Origin: Gammaproteobacteria bacterium
GTDB taxonomy: Bacteria; Pseudomonadota; Gammaproteobacteria; Eutrophobiales; Eutrophobiaceae
Reading direction: 5' to 3'
DNA length: 64,000 nt
Assembly (NCBI GenBank): GCA_965243205.1
Contig: CBDEUK010000002.1
Span: 1,184,001-1,248,000, forward strand
The notes beneath the pieces are model-generated. The model saw only the letters and a list, made by a program, of their open reading frames with translations, had not been told where the DNA came from and did no database searches. A program made the position numbers and the translations under genes. Below are positions 52,128-62,488 of the stretch, one piece after another (the stretch's first letter is position 1; each line of letters begins with the position of its first letter).

Positions 52128-55100
52128 TTACTCCAAAATTTTTGGCTCTGAAATACAATAGCCTTGCCCGTAATCAATACCAATTTCGTGTAACTTTTGT
52201 TTAATCTCTTGAGTTTCCACAAACTCAGCGATGGTCTTCATTCCCATCACACCAGCAACATCTTTAATTGAACGAACCATTTCATAATCCACTTGATCAT
52301 CTGCAATATCTCTTACAAATGACCCATCGATTTTAAGATAATCAACTGGCAACTGTTTTAAGTAAGCAAACGAAGAAACACCACTGCCAAAATCATCTAG
52401 GGCAAACATGCAACCTACACTTTTAATGGTTTGCATTAAACTTAAAGCCGTAGAAATATTTGAGATTGCTGCAGTCTCTGTGATTTCGAAACAAATTTTA
52501 TCTGGCGGAACATTCGTCTCATAAAGTTTCTGTAACACAGAATCAAGATATTGAATGTTATTCATTGAGTGTCCAGAAATATTTATAGAACACATTTTAA
52601 TATCATCCAATCGATGAGTATTGGACGTCATCCATTCTAATACTTGATTAAACACCCAAGTATCAATTTTAACGGCGAGGTTATAACGTTCAGCAGATGG
52701 CATAAAAGAAGATGGTGTAATTAATTTATTATCTTCATCCAACATTCTTAGAAGAACTTCAAATCGTTCGCCTTTTGAATCTTTATTAAATGGTGAGATG
52801 CTTTCGATAGCTTGGTGATACAATACAAATCGTTCTTCATCCAAAGCCTGATTAATAATAGCTGCCCATTGTACTTGTCCATGTTTGCCGGAAATTTCTG
52901 GATCGTCTGGTGTATAGATATGAACACGATTACGCCCAGCATCTTTGGCCGCATAACAAGCCACATCAGCTTCACGTAGAATAGAATTAAGGGATTTACT
53001 TTCACCTGGAGAAATTGGCACCAAGCCAATACTAACACCTAAAATAAAGCGTTTGCCTTCCCAAATATAACGAAACTCTTCGATATACTTTCTCATTTCA
53101 TTGGCAACACGTTGTGCTTGTTCCAAAGTGCAGTGTTCCATTAAGATGCCGAACTCATCACCGCCCAGCCTTGCTAAAGTATCACGCTTACGAACCGCAT
53201 TACTTAAGATGCCACTGATCTGTCTTAGTAATTCGTCACCTGCTAAATGACCACAAGTATCATTAACGATTTTAAATTGATCGAGGTCTAAATAACATAA
53301 TGCATGATGAGCAGTATTTTTATCATTAGAACTCAAGACACGTTCAAGTCTTCTTTCAAATTCAGCACGATTAACTAAACCTGTTAAAGAGTCATGACTC
53401 GCTTGATAACTCAATTGCTCTGATAAACGTTTGTTTTCTGAAATATCTTCGCAAACAATTAAAATTCTTAACTCATCATTAACGTTATCTTTAATTGAGC
53501 GAATGGTGTATCTGACCCAGATATTACCACCACTTTTAACTTTCTTCTCAAACTCGGCATTTTGGATTGAACCAATATCTGTCAATGAATCATTAATACG
53601 GGCTCTAACGTCATCAATGTAAACTTTATCAATGATTGAAAAAATCGTCTCGCCTAGGATATCAACTTCTGAATATCCTAGTTGACTGGTCACATGGTTA
53701 TTTAACGATAAGATAATGCCATCTTTATCTAGGCTAAAAAGCATTAATGGATTATCTTGGTATAATGCTCTAAACCTTTCTTCACTCGTTTTTAAAGCTT
53801 TTTCAACTTTCTTCTTATCAGTAATATCGGTCATCGACCCCATAACGCGTATAGGTTTTTTGTAATCGTCATACATTATATAAGCACGATCATTGACTGT
53901 TATATAACGTCCATCAATTTGTTTTAAGCGATACTCTCTATTCCAATAATTTTCTTTATTATTAACTGCATCCCTAAAACTCTCATAAGTGGAATCTCGA
54001 TCTTTAGGGTGGATAACCGTTAACCAATCCGCTAATTCTGAAGAAGAATATAGATTTGCAAAATCCTTATCATTACGCCAAACTTTTTTAGTTAATAAAT
54101 TCCAATCGTATAATGAGTCACTGGTCGCCATAGCAATCAAACGAAATCGCTCTTCGTTTTGAGCCAGAATATTTTTAAGGTTTTCTGAGGCAGAAACATC
54201 ACGAATTGATAAGACAATTCCATTGATACTATTGTCAGATGAACGGCTTGGTGAATATAAAATACTAATATCACTTTCACCTTTAGGAAGCGTAACTCTT
54301 AATTTATCTTGCTTTATCTGTCCTTCAAGTGTTTTTTCCAAATACGGTTTAATTTTTGAATTAAATAAATCCGTACTCCATAACTCATCCATTTTTTTAT
54401 TCTCAATAAAATTCTTGGAACACTGGAACATTTCCAAATAAATTTTATTGGCGTATAAAATTTTAAAATCTTTATCCAGAAATAGTATTGATTCTTCTAC
54501 AACAGAAAGCGCGTCATCAACACGTTTCAGACTGGTTTCTGTTTCTTTTTGTTTGGTAACATCTTTAACTAGGAAAATTAATTCTTTAACTGAATTAATC
54601 TCTGAATATTGAATATTAATATCCGCAGAGTAAAAACTACCATCTTGACGATTGATAATTGTATTAATGCTAATAAGCTCGGATTCATTGTTTTGTAATT
54701 CTTTTATTACGGCTTCAATTTTTTCATCAGAAAATTCTGGAAGTATATTTAAATAATGTTGATTTTTTAGCTCATTTAAATCATAAGCAATATTTTCCCT
54801 GGCCCCAGAATTAGCATAAGTAAATTGACGTTTATCGATATCAAATACAAAAAACTCACTTAAAGACTGCTCTAAAATTTTACCTAGCCTATCTTCGGTA
54901 TATTGGCTCATGCGTTTTTGAGTAATATTATTACTCACAACATAAATTTCGAGCAGCTCATTATTAGATCCCATTTTCGGGATCATGGTCACTTCATAAA
55001 ACTTATCTTTTAAAGAACCTTGTCCTGCATATTCAAACTGAACATGTTCACCTTTTTTAACTATTGCTAAAAAATCATGCAGTTTTTCAAATTCTACAGA

Positions 55101-56507
55101 GCCAACAATTTCTTCTAATGATTTTCCAATAGTTAAATGGTTTGAAGAATTAAACTCTTTACTATAAGCATCATTATAAAATTTCAATTTTAAATTAGCG
55201 TCATAACAAGAAATACTAATAGACAAAATGTCACATAATTTTTGTATATCTTCTATGTCGACGTTTCCGATCGGCACATCATTAACTAAATTTGGATATT
55301 GCTCAGTTGTTACAATCGAAAATATATATGGTACTTTTTCATCAACGACCATGATTGATGAAATAGTCATAGAATCTTTTTGATCGAGTTTATTTCTATA
55401 TTCGATCGATTTATCTTGAATGCGGCCTTCAGATTTTAATTTTTCACTGAACTCACGGAATGTTGAATCAGAAAAAATATTAACATCTAAAATATTACGA
55501 CCAAGTATGTCTTCTTTTTGAAATCCTGTTAAGTTAGTAAAAGCAGGATTAATTTTTGTCACTATTCCATCGTTTAATTGAATAGCAAAAACGGGGCTTG
55601 GAATAGAATCAAAAATTTTGAAAATACGTTTGCGACTATTATTGGCAACTTGCTCCTCTACCTTATTAGTAGATACATCAACACTCACACCACGTAATCG
55701 ATATACATTCTGATTTTCATCTTTAATAACGGTAATATTTTCATGTATCCATACATACTGATTATGTTTATTTTTAATTCTGTAACTAATTTCAAAATCT
55801 TTGCCCTGCTTAATCGAAGCAAGACAAATATCCAATATTCCTTGTAAATCTTCAGGGTGAATAAAATCAGAATTAAATTTAATTGACCCCAACCATTCAT
55901 CTGCTGAATATCCAAGCACATGACTTAATGAATCACCAATAAAATTGTATTTAAAATCTGGGTAACTACATTCCCAAAAAACAGCGTTTAGACCATCTAT
56001 CAATGATTGATATTGAGCATGTTCCTTAAGGATCGTGCTTGGAACGTATGATTGACTTAATTCAGTTTTTTGTAGTGATTGAATACTTGCTTCTTGTGAT
56101 AACTCGGAAGGGTTAACCAAATCAACGATGCAATAGCAAAAATAAAGTGAGTCATTTTTCTGTAATCCTTTCATTAAAACAACTTTAAGAAAGAATTCAT
56201 CGCCTGATTTAGTATTGGCTTTGAATACACCTTCACTGCGACCAGTTGCCTTCATCTCAACAAAAAGGTCGATGGATTTACTGCAATCTTCCGTAATACA
56301 TAACTCAGACAGTGACATGCCGATCATTTCGGACGATAAATAACCAAATAATTCGGCAAATTGTTTATTGACGCTCAGAAACTGAGCATTGCTATCCAAA
56401 CGGGCAACACGCTCTAACGCATCTTGAAATAAATCTTGATACGTACCTTGAGTTGCCGGTTCTGCCTGCGTCGTTTTTGAAGGTGATTCTGAACCTTCAT
56501 CAGCCAT
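52128..56507 (-). CDS. Cytoplasmic multi-PAS GGDEF-EAL protein
   Basis: About 7-8 PAS/PAC repeats, HDSLTGLVNR, RKRD..GGDEF, EVL, FEITE, DDFGSG; no TM segment seen. Confidence 0.93.
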   Translation of the reverse strand: MADEGSESPSKTTQAEPATQGTYQDLFQDALERVARLDSNAQFLSVNKQFAELFGYLSSEMIGMSLSELCITEDCSKSIDLFVEMKATGRSEGVFKANTKSGDEFFLKVVLMKGLQKNDSLYFCYCIVDLVNPSELSQEASIQSLQKTELSQSYVPSTILKEHAQYQSLIDGLNAVFWECSYPDFKYNFIGDSLSHVLGYSADEWLGSIKFNSDFIHPEDLQGILDICLASIKQGKDFEISYRIKNKHNQYVWIHENITVIKDENQNVYRLRGVSVDVSTNKVEEQVANNSRKRIFKIFDSIPSPVFAIQLNDGIVTKINPAFTNLTGFQKEDILGRNILDVNIFSDSTFREFSEKLKSEGRIQDKSIEYRNKLDQKDSMTISSIMVVDEKVPYIFSIVTTEQYPNLVNDVPIGNVDIEDIQKLCDILSISISCYDANLKLKFYNDAYSKEFNSSNHLTIGKSLEEIVGSVEFEKLHDFLAIVKKGEHVQFEYAGQGSLKDKFYEVTMIPKMGSNNELLEIYVVSNNITQKRMSQYTEDRLGKILEQSLSEFFVFDIDKRQFTYANSGARENIAYDLNELKNQHYLNILPEFSDEKIEAVIKELQNNESELISINTIINRQDGSFYSADINIQYSEINSVKELIFLVKDVTKQKETETSLKRVDDALSVVEESILFLDKDFKILYANKIYLEMFQCSKNFIENKKMDELWSTDLFNSKIKPYLEKTLEGQIKQDKLRVTLPKGESDISILYSPSRSSDNSINGIVLSIRDVSASENLKNILAQNEERFRLIAMATSDSLYDWNLLTKKVWRNDKDFANLYSSSELADWLTVIHPKDRDSTYESFRDAVNNKENYWNREYRLKQIDGRYITVNDRAYIMYDDYKKPIRVMGSMTDITDKKKVEKALKTSEERFRALYQDNPLMLFSLDKDGIILSLNNHVTSQLGYSEVDILGETIFSIIDKVYIDDVRARINDSLTDIGSIQNAEFEKKVKSGGNIWVRYTIRSIKDNVNDELRILIVCEDISENKRLSEQLSYQASHDSLTGLVNRAEFERRLERVLSSNDKNTAHHALCYLDLDQFKIVNDTCGHLAGDELLRQISGILSNAVRKRDTLARLGGDEFGILMEHCTLEQAQRVANEMRKYIEEFRYIWEGKRFILGVSIGLVPISPGESKSLNSILREADVACYAAKDAGRNRVHIYTPDDPEISGKHGQVQWAAIINQALDEERFVLYHQAIESISPFNKDSKGERFEVLLRMLDEDNKLITPSSFMPSAERYNLAVKIDTWVFNQVLEWMTSNTHRLDDIKMCSINISGHSMNNIQYLDSVLQKLYETNVPPDKICFEITETAAISNISTALSLMQTIKSVGCMFALDDFGSGVSSFAYLKQLPVDYLKIDGSFVRDIADDQVDYEMVRSIKDVAGVMGMKTIAEFVETQEIKQKLHEIGIDYGQGYCISEPKILE

Positions 56508-56729
56508 TGGAAAATTCCATACAGTACTAAATTAATTATTTTTTTGTATTTTGGGACTAGTTATTCAGTTGGGAAAATATCATAAACCCTTAAATCTTCG
56601 AGAAATATTTTCCTAATTTAAAGATATAGCACATAGGAAATATAGCAATAGGAAATTTTATGGAATCAGGTTAACAGTTTCTACTTCTGATCATCAAAAA
56701 TTAAGCAGAACTGTTAGAGTATGACTGGC

Positions 56730-57212
56730 TTATCGCACCCTATATATAGGCGGAGCGCCATCTGCTGCGGTCTGATAAGTCACTGAAAACTCATCAAAAG
56801 CTGCCATAGCCGATGAAAAATCTTTGTCTTCGCGTAAGGCAAATGCATCGATTCCACAACGGAGCATATAAAATAACTGATCATGCAGCACGTCACCCAA
56901 AGCCCTTAACTCACCTTTGTAGTCATAGCGATCGCGTAATAAGCGAGCATGGCTATAGCAACGGCCATCGGCAAAAGCTGGGAATTGCAGGCCAATCAGC
57001 TCAAATTTTTCAATATGTTCTACAACATCTTCAATGTCATCCGCCCCATTCAAAACAATCGTAACTTTCCCTGTATGTTTTTCTAGCTCAGCCTGATTCT
57101 CTTTCCAATACGAGAATGGCAGCATGATATCGCCACTAGGCAATGAGCCTTCAACTTCTGCAATAAACTGCCAACTATCTTCTAAAATTTGCTTATTTTT
57201 TATTATCTTCAT
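56730..57212 (-). CDS. DUF934 family protein (sulfite-reductase associated)
   Basis: FPAFADGR.YS.ARLLR.R..Y.GELRA.GDVL.DQL; start MKIIKN at 57212. Confidence 0.92.
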   Translation of the reverse strand: MKIIKNKQILEDSWQFIAEVEGSLPSGDIMLPFSYWKENQAELEKHTGKVTIVLNGADDIEDVVEHIEKFELIGLQFPAFADGRCYSHARLLRDRYDYKGELRALGDVLHDQLFYMLRCGIDAFALREDKDFSSAMAAFDEFSVTYQTAADGAPPIYRVR

Positions 57213-57222
57213 ATCAACTCTT

Positions 57223-58875
57223 CTATTGAGGATAGACTCGCTCTTTAAATGGCTCGATACCAATACGGCGATAAGTCTCCAGAAAAATTTCCTCACCTTC
57301 ACGCTGCTCTAAATAGACGTCTAAAATATCTCCAATAACATCTGCGACTCGTTCTTTATCCACTGCAGGACCTAAACGATCACCAAGTACTGCATCATTT
57401 TCTGCTGATCCGCCCAACGTTAACTGATAAAACTCAATACCTTTCTTATCCACACCCAAAATGCCAATATGCCCTACATGATGGTGGCCACAAGCGTTCA
57501 TACAACCCGACATTTTGACTTTGATATCGCCAATATCATGTAAGAAATCCATATCATCAAATTTCTTGTTTATCTGTTCAGCAATACCAATAGAACTAGC
57601 ATTAGCAAGTGCACAAAAATCTAACCCAGGGCAACAAATCATATCCGTTAATAATCCGATATTTGGAGTCGCAAGGTCATTGGCGTCTAGCTTTTGCCAC
57701 AATGCATATAAATCAGCTTGTTTGATATGTGGTAGAACCAGATTTTGATCGTGAGTAACAACGATTTCGCCATAACTGAATTCATCTGCCAAATCTGCAA
57801 TGATATCCATTTGCTCATCAGTTGCATCGCCAGGCGCTATATCAGGCGATTTCAATGAAATGATAGCGATTTTATAACCAGCCGCTTTATGATCACGTAA
57901 GTTACGCCCCGCCCATGCAGCAAATGCAGAATCTTTTGCCAAATTCTCAGTATAAGTACTATCAAGTGCTGCTTTAGGATCAAAATTTGGTAATGTGAAA
58001 AAGCCTTGCATACGCTTGATTTCTTTTTCACCTAACTTAAGCACGTCTTCTTTTATCTGTTGCCACTCAGCTTCCACCATTTCGGTAAATTTTTCTTTTC
58101 CAGTTTCATTCACCAAAATTTTGATACGTGCTTTATACTTGTTATCACGTCGTCCATATTGATTATAAACACGCAATATAGCCTCTAGATAAGACAATAA
58201 ATATTCTTTCTCTAAAAATTCACGGATAACTTTGCCAATTACAGGTGTTCTACCTAAACCACCGCCGACTAATACTTTAAAACCTACCTCGCCTTGATCA
58301 TTTTTGACTAGATATAAACCTATATCATGCACTTGAACTGCAGCTCGATCGTTTTCTGCACCAGACACAGCAATTTTGAATTTACGTGGAAGATAAGCAA
58401 ACTCAGGATGAAAGGTTGACCATTGGCGAATCATTTCACAATACGGACGTGGATCTTCTAATTCATCAGGGGCAATACCTGCAAACTGATCTGAGGTGGT
58501 ATTACGTATACAGTTACCACTGGTTTGAATGGCATGCATTTGTACAGTGGCTAAATCAGCCAAGATATCTGGAACTGTTTCTAATTTCGGCCAGTTATAT
58601 TGAATATTTTGACGCGTACTGAAATGACCGTAGCCTTTATCGTATTTTCGAGCAATGTGAGCAAGCATGCGTAGCTGCTTTGAAGATAGCAAACCATAAG
58701 GAATAGCTACTCGTAACATTGGAGCATGCGTTTGCACGTACAAACCATTCATAAGACGTAATGGCCTATACTCGTCTTCCGCTAATTCGCCTGCTAAATA
58801 TCGTCTCGTTTGATCTCGAAATTGCGCAACTCGTTCATCAACAATCGTTTGATCGTAATTATCGTATTGATACAT
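57223..58875 (-). CDS. cysI: Sulfite/nitrite reductase haemoprotein (Pseudomonas CysI type)
   Basis: MYQYD.YDQ, STRQNIQ, TSGNCIRN, LPRKFKIA, CPGLDFC, SGCMNACGHHH. Confidence 0.92.
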   Translation of the reverse strand: MYQYDNYDQTIVDERVAQFRDQTRRYLAGELAEDEYRPLRLMNGLYVQTHAPMLRVAIPYGLLSSKQLRMLAHIARKYDKGYGHFSTRQNIQYNWPKLETVPDILADLATVQMHAIQTSGNCIRNTTSDQFAGIAPDELEDPRPYCEMIRQWSTFHPEFAYLPRKFKIAVSGAENDRAAVQVHDIGLYLVKNDQGEVGFKVLVGGGLGRTPVIGKVIREFLEKEYLLSYLEAILRVYNQYGRRDNKYKARIKILVNETGKEKFTEMVEAEWQQIKEDVLKLGEKEIKRMQGFFTLPNFDPKAALDSTYTENLAKDSAFAAWAGRNLRDHKAAGYKIAIISLKSPDIAPGDATDEQMDIIADLADEFSYGEIVVTHDQNLVLPHIKQADLYALWQKLDANDLATPNIGLLTDMICCPGLDFCALANASSIGIAEQINKKFDDMDFLHDIGDIKVKMSGCMNACGHHHVGHIGILGVDKKGIEFYQLTLGGSAENDAVLGDRLGPAVDKERVADVIGDILDVYLEQREGEEIFLETYRRIGIEPFKERVYPQ

Positions 58876-59002
58876 ATATTCTTGTCTAACCCATCAATTT
58901 TCAAGGGCAGAGAAGATAGCAAGCTGCGCTTATAAAGAAAAGAATAAAATTTATCTATCGATAGAAGGATTTGTAATTAAAAGACAGGTAAAAACAGAGT
59001 AA

Positions 59003-59221
59003 TTAATGGTGAAAACGATACTGTGTGATCAAGGAACGACCTTTTCGCGTTAAATAGCCTTCATCATCGAGATAGCCCATATCAATCGCTTTTAAATACA
59101 CTTGTCTGGAATTATTAATGCGAGATGGATACATCAAGCCCTCGCCGTATTGCGATTCTAGTAAAGCAGCGATTTGTGTTTCAATTGATTCCTTGGCGGC
59201 ATCATTACGAACTTCGGACAT
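59003..59221 (-). CDS. Small hypothetical protein with a winged-helix-like end
   Basis: 72 aa, SD GAGG, AIDMGYLDDEGYLTRKGR. Confidence 0.65.
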   Translation of the reverse strand: MSEVRNDAAKESIETQIAALLESQYGEGLMYPSRINNSRQVYLKAIDMGYLDDEGYLTRKGRSLITQYRFHH

Positions 59222-59501
59222 CTTAAATTCAACCTCTAAATTAATGAGTTCGTTATGGATAATTATGGTGTGAAAAATCCATTACAAAATTTATTTATAT
59301 ATATTAGATACTTATATAGTTAAATGAAAGTTATTAGTCAAGTATTGTTTGATGCTATTGTGATCAAGGTACGTTTTAACTTTCATTTGTATAAAAAAGT
59401 TTATCGACCATCATCAGACTATATTTAGAAATAAAAATTCACTACAGACCTTTCTAAGAAAAGGCGTGATGATAAACAAAGTATTAATTGGAAATGACGA
59501 T

Positions 59502-60614
59502 TTAAGGTAAGTGTTGTTTAGCCAAATAGTCGTGAGAGGACATTTCGTTTAAACGGCTGATAGTACGCTTAAAAGGTTCAGCCAGGCGTTTACCGGTATA
59601 AATTCCTTCTGCTTTCGATTCGGCAGTAATTATAAGTTTGACGTTTCGATCATAAAATTCATCCACCGCCGTCATAAAACGTTTTACTTGGTCGACCACC
59701 AAATCATCCAGGATAGGCAGATTTGCCAGTAACACGGTTTGGAATAAGCGCGCCATTTCGATGTAATCAGCAGCACCTCTAGGTCCATCACATAGAGCCT
59801 CGAATTCGAACCAGACAACACTATCCGCAATTCGAATAGTCTGAATTGGCCGCCCTTCTATCTCAATGATCTTATTTTGCGTGCCGACATCAGGAGCAAT
59901 ATGCTCAAAATTTGTCTCTAACATCGCATAAGCATTTTCGTCTAAAGGATAGTGATAAATTTCGGCCTTATCTAAAAACTGTAGTCGATAGTCTGTACCA
60001 GAATCAACATTTACGACTTTGGTAAATTTCTTGAGCAAGTCAATCGCCGGCAAAAACCGTTCGCGTTGTAAACCACCAGAATACAAATCATCGGGAATTT
60101 GGTTTGACGTCGTAATTAACGTAACACCTCTATCAAACAAGCCCTGCAACAAACCAGCTAATAACATCGCATCTGTAATATCAGCAACATGAAATTCATC
60201 AAAACATATAACTTCAGTATCGCGAGCTATTTCTTCGGCAATGATTTCAAGTGGATTCGTAACATCCTTCAAAGATTTAAGTTTGTCATGCACCATGTGC
60301 ATAAAACGATGAAAGTGCATGCGCATTTTTTGTTCGAATGGCAAGCAATCAAAAAACAAATCGACTAAATATGTTTTACCTCGACCAACACCACCCCAAA
60401 AATACAAACCTCGAACGCTATTAGAAGATTGTTTAGAAAAAATGGTTTTGAATTTCGAAAGCAAATTATCATTTGAACCACGATTCTCATTACGCTTTAG
60501 CAATTCTTTAAAAACCCGATTCAGTTCCTCGACCGCGATTTTTTGTGCTGCATCCGATTCAATTTCATTGTTATCTAAGGCAGCTTGATAAGATTTAAGA
60601 GGCGTATTAATCAT
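59502..60614 (-). CDS. zapE: Cell division AFG1-family ATPase
   Basis: GLYFWGGVGRGKT, RMHFHRFM, CFDEF, GLQRERFLPAI, DEFYD. Confidence 0.95.
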   Translation of the reverse strand: MINTPLKSYQAALDNNEIESDAAQKIAVEELNRVFKELLKRNENRGSNDNLLSKFKTIFSKQSSNSVRGLYFWGGVGRGKTYLVDLFFDCLPFEQKMRMHFHRFMHMVHDKLKSLKDVTNPLEIIAEEIARDTEVICFDEFHVADITDAMLLAGLLQGLFDRGVTLITTSNQIPDDLYSGGLQRERFLPAIDLLKKFTKVVNVDSGTDYRLQFLDKAEIYHYPLDENAYAMLETNFEHIAPDVGTQNKIIEIEGRPIQTIRIADSVVWFEFEALCDGPRGAADYIEMARLFQTVLLANLPILDDLVVDQVKRFMTAVDEFYDRNVKLIITAESKAEGIYTGKRLAEPFKRTISRLNEMSSHDYLAKQHLP

Positions 60615-60647
60615 TACAGACCATTAAAAACTTTGTAAACTGAATTT

Positions 60648-61334
60648 ATGTTTATTATTTTCATCATTGTCCTAGTTTTAATTATTATTTTTGGCCCACA
60701 ACTTTGGGTGAAATACACCCTAAAACGCTACAGTGACCCAATTGCCTCTCTTCCAGGAACTGGAGGCGAATTAGCGAAACACTTATTAAACCGTTTAGAG
60801 ATCAATAACGTCAAGGTCGAAGAAGGAAAAACTGACGAGAATCTATACGATTCTCACAATAAAATTGTGAAATTAGCACCCGACGTTCATAACGAAAAGT
60901 CACTCACCGCGGTCACTATCGCAGCACATGAAGTCGGTCATGCTATTCAAGACCATGTTAATTATGCACCAATGAGAGTTCGCGAAAAGCTAGCTAGAGT
61001 AACTTTTATCCTTGAAAAAATTGCAGCTGTTCTATTAATTAGTGTGCCGTTTATTTCTTTATTAACCCGAATACCTCAATTAGGTATTGTGACGTTTCTT
61101 TGTGGGATTTGTATTTTGGGTTTACCCATCTTATTACACTTAATCACTCTACCTGTTGAATTTGATGCTAGTTTCAATCGTGCGTTACCCGTCTTAGAAC
61201 AAGGAAATTACTTGCCTGACAAAGCAATGCCGATTGCCAATAAAATCTTAACAGCAGCAGCGTTAACTTATGTTTCAGCTTCACTGATGAGTTTATTGAA
61301 TTTTTATCGATGGATTGCAATCTTACGCAGATAA
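60648..61334 (+). CDS. Membrane zinc metallopeptidase (YugP-like)
   Basis: TGGELA, AAHEVGHAIQD, TLPVEFDAS.RA, AAALTYV. Confidence 0.92.
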   Translation: MFIIFIIVLVLIIIFGPQLWVKYTLKRYSDPIASLPGTGGELAKHLLNRLEINNVKVEEGKTDENLYDSHNKIVKLAPDVHNEKSLTAVTIAAHEVGHAIQDHVNYAPMRVREKLARVTFILEKIAAVLLISVPFISLLTRIPQLGIVTFLCGICILGLPILLHLITLPVEFDASFNRALPVLEQGNYLPDKAMPIANKILTAAALTYVSASLMSLLNFYRWIAILRR

Positions 61335-61337
61335 TAT

Positions 61338-62408
61338 TTAAAACAAACTCATCTGAGATTTGAAACAGTCTGGATTGAATAGAACCGTATCTAACTTTAT
61401 GCGCTGTTTATTTAAATTAAGTTTATTGCAAATTAACTTAAAACGTTGAGAAATGATCTCAGCATAATTGCCTTGACCTGATTGTCTGCGTCCAAATTCA
61501 CTATCATTCTCTTTGCCGCCTCTTATATCTTTTACCATATTCATAACATGTTGCGCTTTAAGCGGTTCATGTAAGTCTAGCCATTCTTTAAAAATTGGTT
61601 TTACTTCCATTGGCAGTCTTAACATCACATAACCCGCATTATTAACACCACAATCTGCAGCTTTGATTAGAACTTCTTCCATTTCAGTATCATTAATCAC
61701 TGGTATCACTGGGGCAAACATTATACCTGTAGGAATATTATGTTTGTTGAGGTTTTCTAAAGCCTTTAATCGGCTATGTGGCGCAGTTGCTCGTGGTTCG
61801 AGTTTTCTAGCCAGTTCATTTTTTAATGTGGTTATGGAAATAAAAATTTGTACTAATTCTTTTTCTGCCATTTCAGCCAATAGATCAATATCTCTTTCGA
61901 CTAAATTATTTTTAGTGACAATCGTTAACGGATGATCACAAGCATGCAGCACTTCAATGACCTCACGTGTAATTTTATATTCACGTTCTATGGGTTGATA
62001 GGGATCAGTATTAGTTCCTAACGCCATTGGTGAGCATTGATAATTCGTTTTTGTTAATTCTTTTTTCAATAATGTTGCTGCATTCGGTTTGGCAAACAAC
62101 TTCGATTCAAAATCTATCCCTGGCGATAGATCCATATAAGCATGTGCTGGGCGTGCATAACAATAAGAACAACCATGTTCACAACCACGATACGGATTAA
62201 TCGATTGGCTAAAAGGAATATCGGGTGATTGATTACGTGTGATAATCGTTTTTGCATTTTCAATCGTGACTTCCGTTTTAATCTTTTGCTGTTCTTCGTC
62301 GACTGTTTCCCAACCATCGTCAATATCCTCATATTCGAAAGATGAATATCGGTTATCAATTAAGGCTGATGTACCACGACCTTTAACTTTTTTAGCTTTG
62401 GATTTCAT
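61338..62408 (-). CDS. PA0069/Rv2578c-family radical SAM protein (SPL-like)
   Basis: SINPYRGCEHGCSYCYARP, GTNTDPYQPIE, C-terminal QMSLF clamp-binding-like motif. Confidence 0.92.
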   Translation of the reverse strand: MKSKAKKVKGRGTSALIDNRYSSFEYEDIDDGWETVDEEQQKIKTEVTIENAKTIITRNQSPDIPFSQSINPYRGCEHGCSYCYARPAHAYMDLSPGIDFESKLFAKPNAATLLKKELTKTNYQCSPMALGTNTDPYQPIEREYKITREVIEVLHACDHPLTIVTKNNLVERDIDLLAEMAEKELVQIFISITTLKNELARKLEPRATAPHSRLKALENLNKHNIPTGIMFAPVIPVINDTEMEEVLIKAADCGVNNAGYVMLRLPMEVKPIFKEWLDLHEPLKAQHVMNMVKDIRGGKENDSEFGRRQSGQGNYAEIISQRFKLICNKLNLNKQRIKLDTVLFNPDCFKSQMSLF

Positions 62409-62488
62409 CTAATTTTCATTCAAATAGATTAAACTGATGATGGTGTTTCTCTGGCTGTGAAGATGTTATTCACGTAAAATCACGACCC

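Noticed and set aside
57213-57302. Overlap of the DUF934 ORF with cysI
   Set aside because: The likely start is ATG 57212, which removes the overlap
59024-59373. 15-bp near-direct repeat tgtgatcaagg(a/t)acg (59024, 59359) and a possible CRP site
   Set aside because: One copy is coding, no mobile element lies between them, and the CRP second half site is poor; probably chance
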